Shown here one piece after another: positions 47,552 through 57,209 of a stretch of 64,000 nt of DNA. Source of the DNA: Chloroflexota bacterium (lineage in GTDB: Bacteria; Chloroflexota; UBA11872; VXOZ01). The position numbers and the translations under genes are program-made. Below the pieces are notes generated by a model. That model was not told the origin of the DNA, did no database searches, and worked only from the letters and a program-made list of their open reading frames with translations. How positions within the stretch are numbered: the stretch's first letter is position 1; every line of letters begins with the position of its first letter. The stretch lies in assembly GCA_963663275.1 (NCBI GenBank), contig OY760183.1, positions 2,368,001-2,432,000 on the forward strand, written 5' to 3'.

Positions 47552-49351
47552 TCACGCCTGTTCCGGCGGCAAATCCAGCTTCGTGCCAATGGCCCAAAGC
47601 TCCTGCATCGGCTTGTAGCGGCTGCGGAAGCGGTCGAAGCGGGTCTCGCCGTCAACCACGACCTCGCGCTGGATCTCGGCGTCCACGCCGTCAACCGCCC
47701 ACTCCACTTGCTTGCGCTCGCCGAAAGGCAGTTCGGGATCCGGCTTGTCCGGCAGCGGCGGCCCGTGCTTCACCCAGTTCTTGGCGATTGCCGGCAGCAT
47801 ACGCACCGCGCGCTTGGGGCCGCGGCCGTGCAGCGCGAACTTAAGCTGCATGGCTCTCTTGTCAACGTGGGTCTGTATCAGAATGGGATGCTCTGAATCG
47901 TTGACGTACTTGAGATCGACACCCGGGTTGTAAACGGCGGCGTCGAATCCCGGCGGGCTGCCGTCCCGTTCGTAGTAGCCCACGCGGTACGTGTGCTGGT
48001 TGCGTTCCGCAATCGGCAGTCCGGCCCAGAAGGCCGCGCGGAACATCGTGGTGGAAACCTGGCAGACACCGCCGCCGACGCCCGGCACGGTCTGATCGCC
48101 GAAGATGATGAGGCTTTCCTGGTAGCCGTCTTTCTTGGTGATTGGGCCAAGCGTATCCAAGAAGGAGAATGTCTCGCCGGGAGGAACAACGAAGCCGTGG
48201 AGTTTGCCCGCCGCCAAGGCTATGTTGTGGGCGCGCTCGGGCGGGGAACCCCTGAACAAAGAGACGCCTTCCGCAATCAGGTTCTCAAAGTCCCACTGCC
48301 CCATATTTTCCGCGGTGTACGACGGTTCTTCCACCTCCGCCGGCAGATAGAGAGCCGTAACGCCTTGGCGGATGGCGGCCTGCGCGGTGGCGAGAACGGT
48401 GTCCGTATTGGTGCGATAGCCGACCGCGGCCGGCTCCGCCACGGTCACGGTGTCGCCGCGCACGGTAAACCGCGCATTCTTCACGGGGCGGGCGGCCTCG
48501 GCGGCAATCGGCGCCAGCCACTTCTGCAGTTGCTCCGGTTCCCCCACCACTTCCAAGCGGCCTTGCTCAGGATCCTGGTCTATGTGCAGCCACGGCAACA
48601 GCGCCTTGCCGGAAAGCTGCCACGACTTTTCCTCCAGCCCAAAGCGCAGCCCCTGCGCCACCAGCCGTTCGAAGATGGCCCTGACCGTTTCCGCTCTTTG
48701 CAACGTGATGGGAGGCGTGACCGTGACCACCGGCAGCGCGATGCTCTGGCGCGACGGCGGGTCGGCCGGCAAACGCATCTGCCTGATAATCGCATTGCGG
48801 TCGAGCCACTTGCCCTCGGCGCCGGGCACGACGCGCACGCGGTCGGCCTGGCGGTCCAGAAGTGAACTAACGGCGGGGCGATCGATCTTGGCGCCAATCG
48901 TATTGAGGAAGCCCAACGCCACCGTGGAATCCAGCAGAACGGGCAAGGCAACCTGGTTGCGCGCGCTCAATCCCAGGAACCAGGTCCACATGCGCCGCTT
49001 CTGCGACTCGAAGACGCTCCCAATCGCCCTCTCGATGTCAACCAAGATGCCAACTTCCGCCGCCGTTGGCGCCCACCTGTTTCCCTCGTGGGCGAACACC
49101 ACCGGGCTGTGTAGGTAGTCCCGCCATAGCCCCTGTACCCGCGCCCGCGCTTCCGCCTCCGACAGGCCGGAGACGTCGATGGAACCGACGAACGTGCCCG
49201 GCAAAGCGTACTTCCCCGCCTGGGAACGCAGCACGCCGGAGGCGGCCCCGCCGGCCAAGGCCGTAAGCGGGACGGCGGCAAACCCCAGGAAGACGCGCCG
49301 GGATACGAACCGCGAACCGGCTTTCCAAGCAAATCGCGATTGCATGGGCAT
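47552..49351 (-). CDS. VanW-domain protein with peptidoglycan-binding (YoaR-like) region
   Basis: SRRVFLG Tat-like signal/anchor; motifs RAHNIALAA, PGETFSF, GGGVCQVSTT and DLKYVND. Confidence 0.9.
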   Translation of the reverse strand: MPMQSRFAWKAGSRFVSRRVFLGFAAVPLTALAGGAASGVLRSQAGKYALPGTFVGSIDVSGLSEAEARARVQGLWRDYLHSPVVFAHEGNRWAPTAAEVGILVDIERAIGSVFESQKRRMWTWFLGLSARNQVALPVLLDSTVALGFLNTIGAKIDRPAVSSLLDRQADRVRVVPGAEGKWLDRNAIIRQMRLPADPPSRQSIALPVVTVTPPITLQRAETVRAIFERLVAQGLRFGLEEKSWQLSGKALLPWLHIDQDPEQGRLEVVGEPEQLQKWLAPIAAEAARPVKNARFTVRGDTVTVAEPAAVGYRTNTDTVLATAQAAIRQGVTALYLPAEVEEPSYTAENMGQWDFENLIAEGVSLFRGSPPERAHNIALAAGKLHGFVVPPGETFSFLDTLGPITKKDGYQESLIIFGDQTVPGVGGGVCQVSTTMFRAAFWAGLPIAERNQHTYRVGYYERDGSPPGFDAAVYNPGVDLKYVNDSEHPILIQTHVDKRAMQLKFALHGRGPKRAVRMLPAIAKNWVKHGPPLPDKPDPELPFGERKQVEWAVDGVDAEIQREVVVDGETRFDRFRSRYKPMQELWAIGTKLDLPPEQA

Positions 49352-49929
49352 ATCAACGCTCCGGAATAGTAACTGCCGCTACCGCGTCCAGCGCAACCTG
49401 CCTGCGCATGGCTGGCGCCGGTTGGCGCGCGCGTCCGAGGTCTTGGGCGAGCCGGCCCTGCCTGCCGGCATCATCCGGCGGGACTGCGCTACCGCGCACA
49501 GGAGTCTGTCTTCCACTTCCACGCCCGCTTCTCGGCGCAAATCCTTGAATCCTAACGCGCGAGCCTGGGCATTGAAGACGGCTAGGCGAAAGAATGTCCG
49601 GCCGATCCCGCACATTGTCTGCCAATCCCAGTTCGAGGCGCTGCGGAGACTGGCGTTCCAACGGAAGGATTTGGCACGGAGGGCTGGGCAAACGCGGACA
49701 AGCCGGCGGCCGAGGTTCGGCAGGGAACCCGCAGGCGCCGCGCGGCAGATGATGAGTCAGGCGCGAGCACCTTGGCTGCATCATGCGGTAGACCTACGTC
49801 AACTAAAGCTGTGTTGTCTCCTTGCTCTCCACTATAGTATAGCACCGGCGCGCGAGAGTGTCTTGCCCTGCATCGCAAAAGACGCCGAGCGTCCACAGTC
49901 CTCGAGCCATGCGGGCCGGGCACGTTCCC

Positions 49930-50331
49930 CTAATCGAACACGGCAATGGCGTCGATCTCTACCAGCCAGTCCTCGCCGGAGAGCGCGCCGATTTGCACCA
50001 TGGTGGCCGTGGGATAGGTCGGCGCGAAGATCTCGTTGCGGATGCCGGTGACGACGGCGCGGTAGCGGATGTCGGTGACGTACATGTTAAGGTGCGCCAC
50101 GTTGGCCAGGGAGCCGCCGGCCGCTTTGCAGAGCGCCTCGATGTTGGCATAGACCTTGCGGGTTTGCGCTTCGATGTCGCCCTTGCCGACCAGGTCGCCG
50201 TTTTCATCCACCGGAAACTGGCCGGCGATGAAGAGCACGCGCTTGATGCCGTCTATCATCAGGCCCTGCGAAAAATTGCTGAAGGGCGGGCACACGCCCT
50301 CACCGAGAACGGTCTTCTTCTCCAATGCCAT
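49930..50331 (-). CDS. RidA/YjgF family protein
   Basis: Motifs LFIAGQ, IEAQT, PTAT and LVEIDAIA. Confidence 0.9.
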   Translation of the reverse strand: MALEKKTVLGEGVCPPFSNFSQGLMIDGIKRVLFIAGQFPVDENGDLVGKGDIEAQTRKVYANIEALCKAAGGSLANVAHLNMYVTDIRYRAVVTGIRNEIFAPTYPTATMVQIGALSGEDWLVEIDAIAVFD

Positions 50332-50358
50332 GTTCCTTGGCCTCCTCATGTGTGAACT

Positions 50359-50722
50359 CTAGATTTCTCGCTGCGCTCGAAATGACAGTGGTGGGCTTCT
50401 GCGCAAGTCTCCATCAACGGTAGCGCGGGGGCTTGTCCCTAATGCTGTCGCGTAAACGTAGCGCGGGGGCTTGTCCCCCGCCGGAGCAAGCAAAATGAGA
50501 ACGGAATGGATTGACCCTACGGAAGACGCAGGTTTGTAACCTGCGCTACCGAAGAAACGAGCGTAGTTTTCATTCTCATCGCGTTTAATGCGACAACATT
50601 AGGGCTTGTCCCCCGCTCTTCGTTTCACGTGAAAGACAATTAGGCAGTGCGCTCTCTGTACACCTGGCCGGATGCTCTTGTATTCTACAAATTCCGGTTT
50701 TCTCGCTGCGCTCGAAATGACA
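50359..50722. repeat. Mosaic of REP families B, C and D
   Basis: Family C at 50359-50388 and 50698-50722; family B at 50420-50439, 50457-50481 and 50602-50616; family D at 50527-50550. Confidence 0.8.
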
Positions 50723-50783
50723 TAGGAATTCGATAGGGTGCAAAGTGCAGCCATACGAGCGACGATACTGCGGCATCAAACGA

Positions 50784-50821
50784 ACGATCGCCCCCTCTCT
50801 GGCGAAGGAGGGGGCGATCGT
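50784..50821 (-). terminator. Strong hairpin downstream of SBP gene
   Basis: 14-bp perfect stem ACGATCGCCCCCTC/GAGGGGGCGATCGT with a weak U-tract. Confidence 0.65.
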
Positions 50822-50852
50822 CCAATGGAAACTAGACCATCGAGAGCGCGCC

Positions 50853-52289
50853 CTAGCTCTTATTGGCGTAGTACTCGTCAATCATCGCCTGCATGATCTT
50901 ACCGGCGCTCTGCATGGCTTCCGGTACGGTCATCTCCTGGTTCCACGCCATGTTCATGTGGTCCAGGTAGACCCGGCGAATATCAACATAGTTGGGGTAG
51001 ATTTGCGTCATGAAGCCGTTGCCCTCGCCAATTGGCTCCGTGATTGGGGTCAATTCGCGGGGCGGACGAGCCTTCTGCGCCGCCAGGCGGGGGTCGTCCC
51101 ACGCCGACTTCACCACGGGCATGCCGTAATTGAGCAAGGTGGTGACGCCGACCTGCACCTCGAGGTCGGTGCTGATGAACTTTATCAGTTCCCACGTGGC
51201 GTCCGGAAACTTGGCGCCCGACCACATGTACTGCACCGGCGTGTAGCTTCCCACCGCGTTCGAGTTTTCGCTCGTGACGCTGTGGGCCGGGAAGCGCCGC
51301 GCCTTTACCGGCAATTCCTCGACGCCCGGCACGTTCCAGCCGGACTCAGTGTTGAACCACGTGTGGAATACCGCGGCGCGCTGGTGCACGAACGGTGAAT
51401 CACGCCGTTGTTCCGCCGGAATGGCGTCATTCAGCGCGGCGACGTCCTCCCTGGTCGGCTTCACACGGTACCTGAACTCAAGGTCGTACAGGAACTGAAT
51501 GACGTCGATGAACTCCGGTTCGTGCAGCCGGAAGCGGGCGTAGTCGTCACTGACGAAATTCGTGCCGTTTTGGATCAGCATCGTCGGCACTTCGGTGGTG
51601 GAATCATTGCGGCTATAGAATCCCCAAATGGGATTCTGATCGGCGCTGGAACGCTGGGTGATCTCACGGGCCGTCTCAAGCAATTCGCCGCCGTCACTGG
51701 GATTCCAGGATTTCGGCGGTTCGTTGATGCCGAACCTGTCGAGAAGGGCCGTGTTGTATATTTGGATAGTAGCGAGCACGCCGTAGGGGAACGTCCACAG
51801 CTTGCCTTCCGGGTCCTGCAGCCAATCGATTCCCACCACGTCGGCAAGCGCCGCCGCATCGCGCTGGACAAAGGGCGATAGGTCAGCGATATAGCCGGCG
51901 TCCCGATACTGGGGATAGCGGGTGGGTTCCGGCCCGAGGATGTCCGGCGACGACCCGGCAGCGAGCTCCACGACCTGCTTTTCCATGAGCGCCCGATACG
52001 CCATGGACTGCCAGTTGACCGTAATGTTGGGATGCAGTTCCTTGAAGGGACCGAGGACGAGATCCTCGAACGCCCCCGCGTTCTCATGTATGTTCACGAC
52101 CCAGTTAACGCTGACCGTCGCTTCTTCTACCGCGGGCATGTCGTCGGACTTGGGCGCCTCTTCCTCTGCCTCAGGCATAGCAGCCGGCGCCTGGGCTACG
52201 CCGCAGGCGGCAAACACGGCCATCGTCCCCGCGCCCGCCGTCGCTGCCAAGAGTCCGCGACGCGTGATGCTTGTTCGTTGTCCGGTCAT
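50853..52289 (-). CDS. ABC substrate-binding Tat lipoprotein (family 1, carbohydrate-type)
   Basis: TRRGLL...FAACG signal; motifs YNTALLDRFGI and FPDATWELIKF; GGAGG RBS. Confidence 0.88.
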   Translation of the reverse strand: MTGQRTSITRRGLLAATAGAGTMAVFAACGVAQAPAAMPEAEEEAPKSDDMPAVEEATVSVNWVVNIHENAGAFEDLVLGPFKELHPNITVNWQSMAYRALMEKQVVELAAGSSPDILGPEPTRYPQYRDAGYIADLSPFVQRDAAALADVVGIDWLQDPEGKLWTFPYGVLATIQIYNTALLDRFGINEPPKSWNPSDGGELLETAREITQRSSADQNPIWGFYSRNDSTTEVPTMLIQNGTNFVSDDYARFRLHEPEFIDVIQFLYDLEFRYRVKPTREDVAALNDAIPAEQRRDSPFVHQRAAVFHTWFNTESGWNVPGVEELPVKARRFPAHSVTSENSNAVGSYTPVQYMWSGAKFPDATWELIKFISTDLEVQVGVTTLLNYGMPVVKSAWDDPRLAAQKARPPRELTPITEPIGEGNGFMTQIYPNYVDIRRVYLDHMNMAWNQEMTVPEAMQSAGKIMQAMIDEYYANKS

Positions 52290-52453
52290 CTTTCGTTTCC
52301 TCCAGAAATGACTGCGAACCACACACGTGCGCCCGTGGCTGATCTATTTCACGTTCTTCGGGCGCAGATTGCTACTCCCCAACATTGACCTCCTTTCCAC
52401 CCAGCACTCGCTGGGCTTGGAATATTTTTAGCTAGGCTGTGTCAATTCTAAAC

Positions 52454-52483
52454 CAAGGGGCGATAATTGACAATCGCCCCTTG
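52454..52483 (-). terminator. Hairpin between the SBP paralogues
   Basis: 11-bp stem CAAGGGGCGAT/ATCGCCCCTTG about 10 nt after the upstream SBP stop. Confidence 0.6.
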
Positions 52484-52492
52484 ATGACACCT

Positions 52493-53929
52493 CTACTCCT
52501 TACCGGCCCAATACTCGTCAATCACCGCCTGCGTGTGCTTGCTGGCGTTCTGCATGGCTTCCTCAACGGTGAGCTTGTGCTCCCACACCAGTTTCTTCTG
52601 CTCGTTGAAGAATCCCAAGTGCTCCCGCCAGCCGGGGAAGATTTGGGTGATAAAGCCGCGGCCTTCCCGCAGCGGCGTGGCAATGGCGTCAATTTCGCGG
52701 GGCGGACGCGATTTCGTCGCCACCAGACGGGGATCGTCCCACGCCTGTGCATTTGCCGACAGACCGTAGTTGAGCAGCGTCGTCACCGCCACACCGAACT
52801 CGATGTCCGACATGGCGAACTTCATGAACTCCCAGACGGCATCCGGGTGCTTTGCGCCGGACCACATGTATTGCACCGCGGTCCAACCGGCAACCTTATT
52901 GGAAGTTGGCCCTCCCTTGCTGTTCTCCAGCATGGGCACAGCCTTCATGGGCAGGTTTTCCACGTCCGGGTGGGTCCACCCGCTCTCGGCGTTGAACCAT
53001 GTATTGTTCATCGCCGCGCGCCCGTGCACGAAGAGCGCGTCGCGGTGCCGGCCCTCGCCCAAGGTCTCTCTGAACGCAGCCTTCTCTTCGGCGGTCGGGG
53101 CCACGCGGTACTTGAACTCCAGGTCGTACATGAACTGGATGGCCTCGATAAACTCGGGTTCGTGCATGGTTGCCCGCGTCAGGTCGTCGGAGAGGAAATT
53201 GCCGCCGTTCTGCACGACGTAGGTACTCAACTCGGTTGTGTAGTCGGCGCCAGTGTAAATTCCCCAGATCGGGTCCGGTTCGCTGCTGGACCTACTCGTT
53301 ATCTCCCGCGCGACGTCAATGTACTCGCCGCCGTCACTGGCATTCCACTGCCTTGGCGGCCCGCTGATCCCGTACTTGTCGAAGATGGACGTATTGTAGA
53401 TGTGGATGGTGCCGAGCGCCGTATAGGGCATGGACCAGAAGCGTCCCTGCGGGTCAACGATCCAATCGAGCGCCACGGTGTCTCCGAGTTGCCCCTGGTC
53501 GCGCTTGTAGAGGTCGGTGACTTCCCGCACAAACCCCTTGTCCGTCCACTCAATCCACCGTGTAGGATCGGGAGTGAGGATGTCGATGGCCTCGTTAGCG
53601 GCCAGTTCGGCCAGCATCTTGTCGTAATGCGCTCGGTACGGCGAACCCTCGTACGTGAGGTCGATGTCGGGGTGCATTTCCCGGAACCGGTTAATTACCC
53701 CGTCCTCGAACGCTTGCGCGTTCTCCGCGACGTTCACGATCCAGCGCACGTTGACCGTGGCCTGCTCCATCTTGGGGGTGTCTTCAGACTTTGGAGCGTC
53801 GTCATCAGATGCCGGCGCCGCGGTCGGAGCCTGGGCCACACCGCAGGCGGCAAGAAGGGCGGCCCCGCTGAAACCTGCTGCGCCGGCGAGAAAGCGCCGT
53901 CTGCTTAAGCTGCTGAATGTGCTACGCAT
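52493..53929 (-). CDS. ABC substrate-binding Tat lipoprotein, paralogue of 50853-52289
   Basis: SRRRFL...LAACG signal; shared blocks HEPEFI..IQF.YDLEF.YRV, TWFN.ESGW and VTTLLNYG. Confidence 0.88.
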   Translation of the reverse strand: MRSTFSSLSRRRFLAGAAGFSGAALLAACGVAQAPTAAPASDDDAPKSEDTPKMEQATVNVRWIVNVAENAQAFEDGVINRFREMHPDIDLTYEGSPYRAHYDKMLAELAANEAIDILTPDPTRWIEWTDKGFVREVTDLYKRDQGQLGDTVALDWIVDPQGRFWSMPYTALGTIHIYNTSIFDKYGISGPPRQWNASDGGEYIDVAREITSRSSSEPDPIWGIYTGADYTTELSTYVVQNGGNFLSDDLTRATMHEPEFIEAIQFMYDLEFKYRVAPTAEEKAAFRETLGEGRHRDALFVHGRAAMNNTWFNAESGWTHPDVENLPMKAVPMLENSKGGPTSNKVAGWTAVQYMWSGAKHPDAVWEFMKFAMSDIEFGVAVTTLLNYGLSANAQAWDDPRLVATKSRPPREIDAIATPLREGRGFITQIFPGWREHLGFFNEQKKLVWEHKLTVEEAMQNASKHTQAVIDEYWAGKE

Positions 53930-54020
53930 GACTATCCTCCTGATGGGTCTCCTTCGCGTCCACTATTTCACGCCCCCCAAAGCGATTGAAGGCACGACCT
54001 CCTTTCCGTACTACGCCTGG

Positions 54021-54851
54021 CTAAGCGGGCGAGAGGGCTGCTCTGAATTCTTCCCCTGTGGCGGTAAGAGCGCCGCCGATTTCCAGCCAATGAATGAACG
54101 CTTTGGTCATTAGGTTCTCGTCGGTAGACCACGCCGTTTCCGAGGCGGCGGTACAGTCCCGCAGCACGATGGCGCGATAGCGGTTGCGGGTCTGCAAAAT
54201 GCCGCCGGGCTTCATGAGCAGGCAGAAATTCAAGAGAAAGCCGACGTAGATGAGGTTGAGGATTTTGCGTTCTGCAAGGAAACGCTCGATCTGCTGGGGC
54301 TGTGAGAAGAGGTGGTCGCGCGGGTCCGGTTTGACGCAGTCGGCAAAGTCGTAGTTCTCCCGGACCGCGCGCCACGGCTCCTCGTAGCCGGGGCCAAAGA
54401 CCGTGCTGTAGTAGTCGTCCAGCAGTTCCTGGCGGAACTCCAGCGGCGGCCAGTCGGGGGTGTCGCTGTCCGTTTGCGTCGGAGGCCCTGGAACTGGCGG
54501 GTCATACCCGGGATAGCGCGCCAGGATTTGAGGCGGTTCGTTGTGAATGACCGGCACGCCGGCTTCACGCGCCGCCTCCAGCACGGGCACAATTCCTTCT
54601 TCCATGATTGTGCCCGCTCGCTTTGCCACGCCGTGACCGCCCATGTAGTTGTACTCCCAGTACTTCTCCACACCGGGAATGACCGGCTCGCCGTCGCCGC
54701 CGAGGTTCCACATGTCTATGGCAATGACGGCCGTGTTTGCGGTATCGAGTTCTACGGTCTTGTGCACGTGGCCGTAGTTGCGGTCGTCGTACGCCTGCCC
54801 GGGCAGCGGATAGACCCGATAGGAGCGCACCGGCAATTGAAACGTGCCCAT
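54021..54851 (-). CDS. Isochorismatase-like cysteine hydrolase
   Basis: Motifs TAVIAIDMWN, YVGFLLNFCL and VLRDCT. Confidence 0.78.
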   Translation of the reverse strand: MGTFQLPVRSYRVYPLPGQAYDDRNYGHVHKTVELDTANTAVIAIDMWNLGGDGEPVIPGVEKYWEYNYMGGHGVAKRAGTIMEEGIVPVLEAAREAGVPVIHNEPPQILARYPGYDPPVPGPPTQTDSDTPDWPPLEFRQELLDDYYSTVFGPGYEEPWRAVRENYDFADCVKPDPRDHLFSQPQQIERFLAERKILNLIYVGFLLNFCLLMKPGGILQTRNRYRAIVLRDCTAASETAWSTDENLMTKAFIHWLEIGGALTATGEEFRAALSPA

Positions 54852-54914
54852 CGCAAGACCTCTCGCCCGTTTACACTCTCACTGGACCCCATGTTCGCCC
54901 CATGCCCAGTATCG

Positions 54915-56210
54915 CTAGTAGGGCCGGTTGAACGGCACGGTAGCAGCGGCAACTTCCTCCGATACCCGTCCGGCGTCCCGCGCGCGGCGCAGTTCCAGCA
55001 GCGTATCCTCCACCGCTTCCAGCGTTTCCGCCACGTCGTCGTCGCTGTGGGCGTAGAGCACGTTGTTCCAACCGCCCTTGAGCAGCACGCCGCGTTTGGC
55101 AAGGCCGGCATAGAAGAACGACCCAGCGCCGGCGGGCAGCGGCTCATCGCCGGCAATGAAGCGAATGCCGAATAGCGCCGGCGGGCCGAAAGACTCCATG
55201 GGGATGCCCACGCGGTGAGACACTTCCTCTACACCGTCCATGACAGCCTGGGAAATGCGGTTGATGTGCCCGGCCACGTCTTCGTCGCGGCAGATCCGCA
55301 GGGTGGCGATGCCCGCCGCCAGAGAAAGCGTCTCACCGCCAAATGTCAGACTGATCAAGCAATCGGCGGTCTTTTCCATGATGTCGCGCCGGCCGGCCAC
55401 CGCGCCCAGCGACATGCCGTTGGCCATGCCCTTGGCGTAGGTGGCAATGTCCGGCTCCACGCCGTAGTATTCCTGCGCGCCGCCCAGAGCAAACCGATAG
55501 CCGGTCATGCACTCGTCGTAGATGACGAGCGCCCCATGCCTGTGCGCCAGCTCCTTAAGGTCTTGCAGGAAGCCCGGATCCGGTTCTTTGGCCGGTTCCG
55601 CGCAATCGAAGGAAACGGCGGCGACTTTGCCGTCGTTGAGCGCGAAGAGTTCTTCCAGATGGTTGAGATCATTGAAGCGGAATTGCTGGTTCAGGGTGTG
55701 GAACGCGGCCGGCATGCCGCCGTCGTTGCGCCAGTAGTTCCATTCGTCCGCCCAGCCGCGGTAGCCGTTATTCAGAACGATCTCGCGCTTGGTGTACGCG
55801 CGGGCAATGCGCGTGGCGCACAGATTCACGTCCACGCCGCCCTTGAGAAACCGCACCATCTCGGCGCACGGCACGGTCTCGATCACGAGCTTGGCGCATT
55901 CGATTTCCGGTGTGGAAGGGGTGCTGAACAGCATCCCTTTTGGGATTTGCTCCGCTACCGCCCGATCAACGTCAGGATGGCAATAGCCCAGCAAAACACC
56001 CCCGGAAGCGCCGTAGTAGTCGATGTAACTATTGCCGTTCACGTCCCAGAGCCGTGAGCCCTCGCCATGGGACATGAAAATGGGCATAGCGCCGTACAAG
56101 GCGGGATTAGGGCGCTTGCCTTTGGTCTGCGAGCCGCCGGGCATGAGCCGCACGGCCTCCTCGTAGAGTTCAACGGAGCGCGAAACGTCGAGCTTGGTGG
56201 CGCTAGCCAT
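54915..56210 (-). CDS. Class III PLP aminotransferase (GSA aminomutase-like)
   Basis: Motifs WDVNGNSYIDY, YDECMTGYR and TYAKGMANG. Confidence 0.88.
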   Translation of the reverse strand: MASATKLDVSRSVELYEEAVRLMPGGSQTKGKRPNPALYGAMPIFMSHGEGSRLWDVNGNSYIDYYGASGGVLLGYCHPDVDRAVAEQIPKGMLFSTPSTPEIECAKLVIETVPCAEMVRFLKGGVDVNLCATRIARAYTKREIVLNNGYRGWADEWNYWRNDGGMPAAFHTLNQQFRFNDLNHLEELFALNDGKVAAVSFDCAEPAKEPDPGFLQDLKELAHRHGALVIYDECMTGYRFALGGAQEYYGVEPDIATYAKGMANGMSLGAVAGRRDIMEKTADCLISLTFGGETLSLAAGIATLRICRDEDVAGHINRISQAVMDGVEEVSHRVGIPMESFGPPALFGIRFIAGDEPLPAGAGSFFYAGLAKRGVLLKGGWNNVLYAHSDDDVAETLEAVEDTLLELRRARDAGRVSEEVAAATVPFNRPY

Positions 56211-56222
56211 GTGGCATTCCCC

Positions 56223-57053
56223 TTACAGTGCAAACAGCCGTTGAGCGTTAGCGGAGAGCATCAGTTCTCTCTCTCTAGCGGTGATCTCCGCGTGTTCGAT
56301 GCTGAGTTTGGCGGACTCTGGATAGAATATCGGGCAGTTCGTGCCAAAGAGCAGGTGGTCGGCGCCTACCTGCGCGCAGAGTTGCTCGATGTCGTCCACC
56401 GGGCCCTGCACGCGGGATACGTCGAAGTACAGGTTGTCCCGCTTGTACGCCCGCCGCCAGATGTCCGTGATGTGGCCATGGCGGCCCGTGCACACGAGAA
56501 AGCGCACGTCGGGAAAGGTGCAGATGGCTTCCACCGCATCCGTAGTGGTGACCGGCGGCACCTTCACGTGCCAGTGATGCCAACGCGAATCTTCCAGGGT
56601 CAGGGTGAGGAGCACCACGAGGTTGTTTGCCTTGGCGCATTCGAGCAGGGCCAAGGCGTTGCCGGTGAGCATGTGGTACTGGGCGTACGCTTCCAGGCTG
56701 GCGTCCATGACCCGCGTGGTGTGGGGTTCCAACAGCGTAAACTGGTGGTAGTTGGGATGAATGCGCAGGTTGCGCATTCCGAATTCCTCCAGGCAGCGCT
56801 GCAAGTCCAGCTCCCAGCACGGCATTGCCGAATTGATGGTATAGGCCGGTATGAGCCGGTCGGGATGCGCTTGCACGATGCCGCGCAACTCGCGGTTGCC
56901 CACCATCACGTCTTTGTAGAAGACGTTCTCCAGCCGCGAGACGACCGCCTTCTCGATGCCGAGGGCGTCCATCTTGCGCAGCAGCGCGTCGGGGGCCGCG
57001 TGATTGAGGCGGCGAAACGGCCACTCGCCAATGTATGCGTTTGCGTCAATCAT
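56223..57053 (-). CDS. Amidohydrolase_2 family protein (degenerate HxH)
   Basis: MIDANAYIGEWPF, RIHPNYH and LLFGTNCP. Confidence 0.8.
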   Translation of the reverse strand: MIDANAYIGEWPFRRLNHAAPDALLRKMDALGIEKAVVSRLENVFYKDVMVGNRELRGIVQAHPDRLIPAYTINSAMPCWELDLQRCLEEFGMRNLRIHPNYHQFTLLEPHTTRVMDASLEAYAQYHMLTGNALALLECAKANNLVVLLTLTLEDSRWHHWHVKVPPVTTTDAVEAICTFPDVRFLVCTGRHGHITDIWRRAYKRDNLYFDVSRVQGPVDDIEQLCAQVGADHLLFGTNCPIFYPESAKLSIEHAEITARERELMLSANAQRLFAL

Positions 57054-57120
57054 GGGATCTGCCCTGGTTGATGTGCCTCACGTCGGCCCGGATGCAAGAC
57101 TGGTACTTTGTCTTTCTGCC

Positions 57121-57190
57121 CGTCATTCCCGTGAAAACGGGAAACCATCTTCTCTTTGGCCTCTGGACTCCGGCTTTCGCCGGAGTGACG
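57121..57190. repeat. REP-like family E doublet (CGTCATTCCC...GGAGTGACG)
   Basis: Outer inverted repeat enclosing two short hairpins, TTCCCGT..ACGGGAA and CTCCGGC..GCCGGAG. Confidence 0.65.
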
Positions 57191-57209
57191 GAAAACCTCT
57201 CGTAAACTC

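Noticed and set aside
47552-49351. Vancomycin resistance locus
   Set aside because: A VanW domain alone is common in cell-wall proteins; vanHAX and vanRS are absent.
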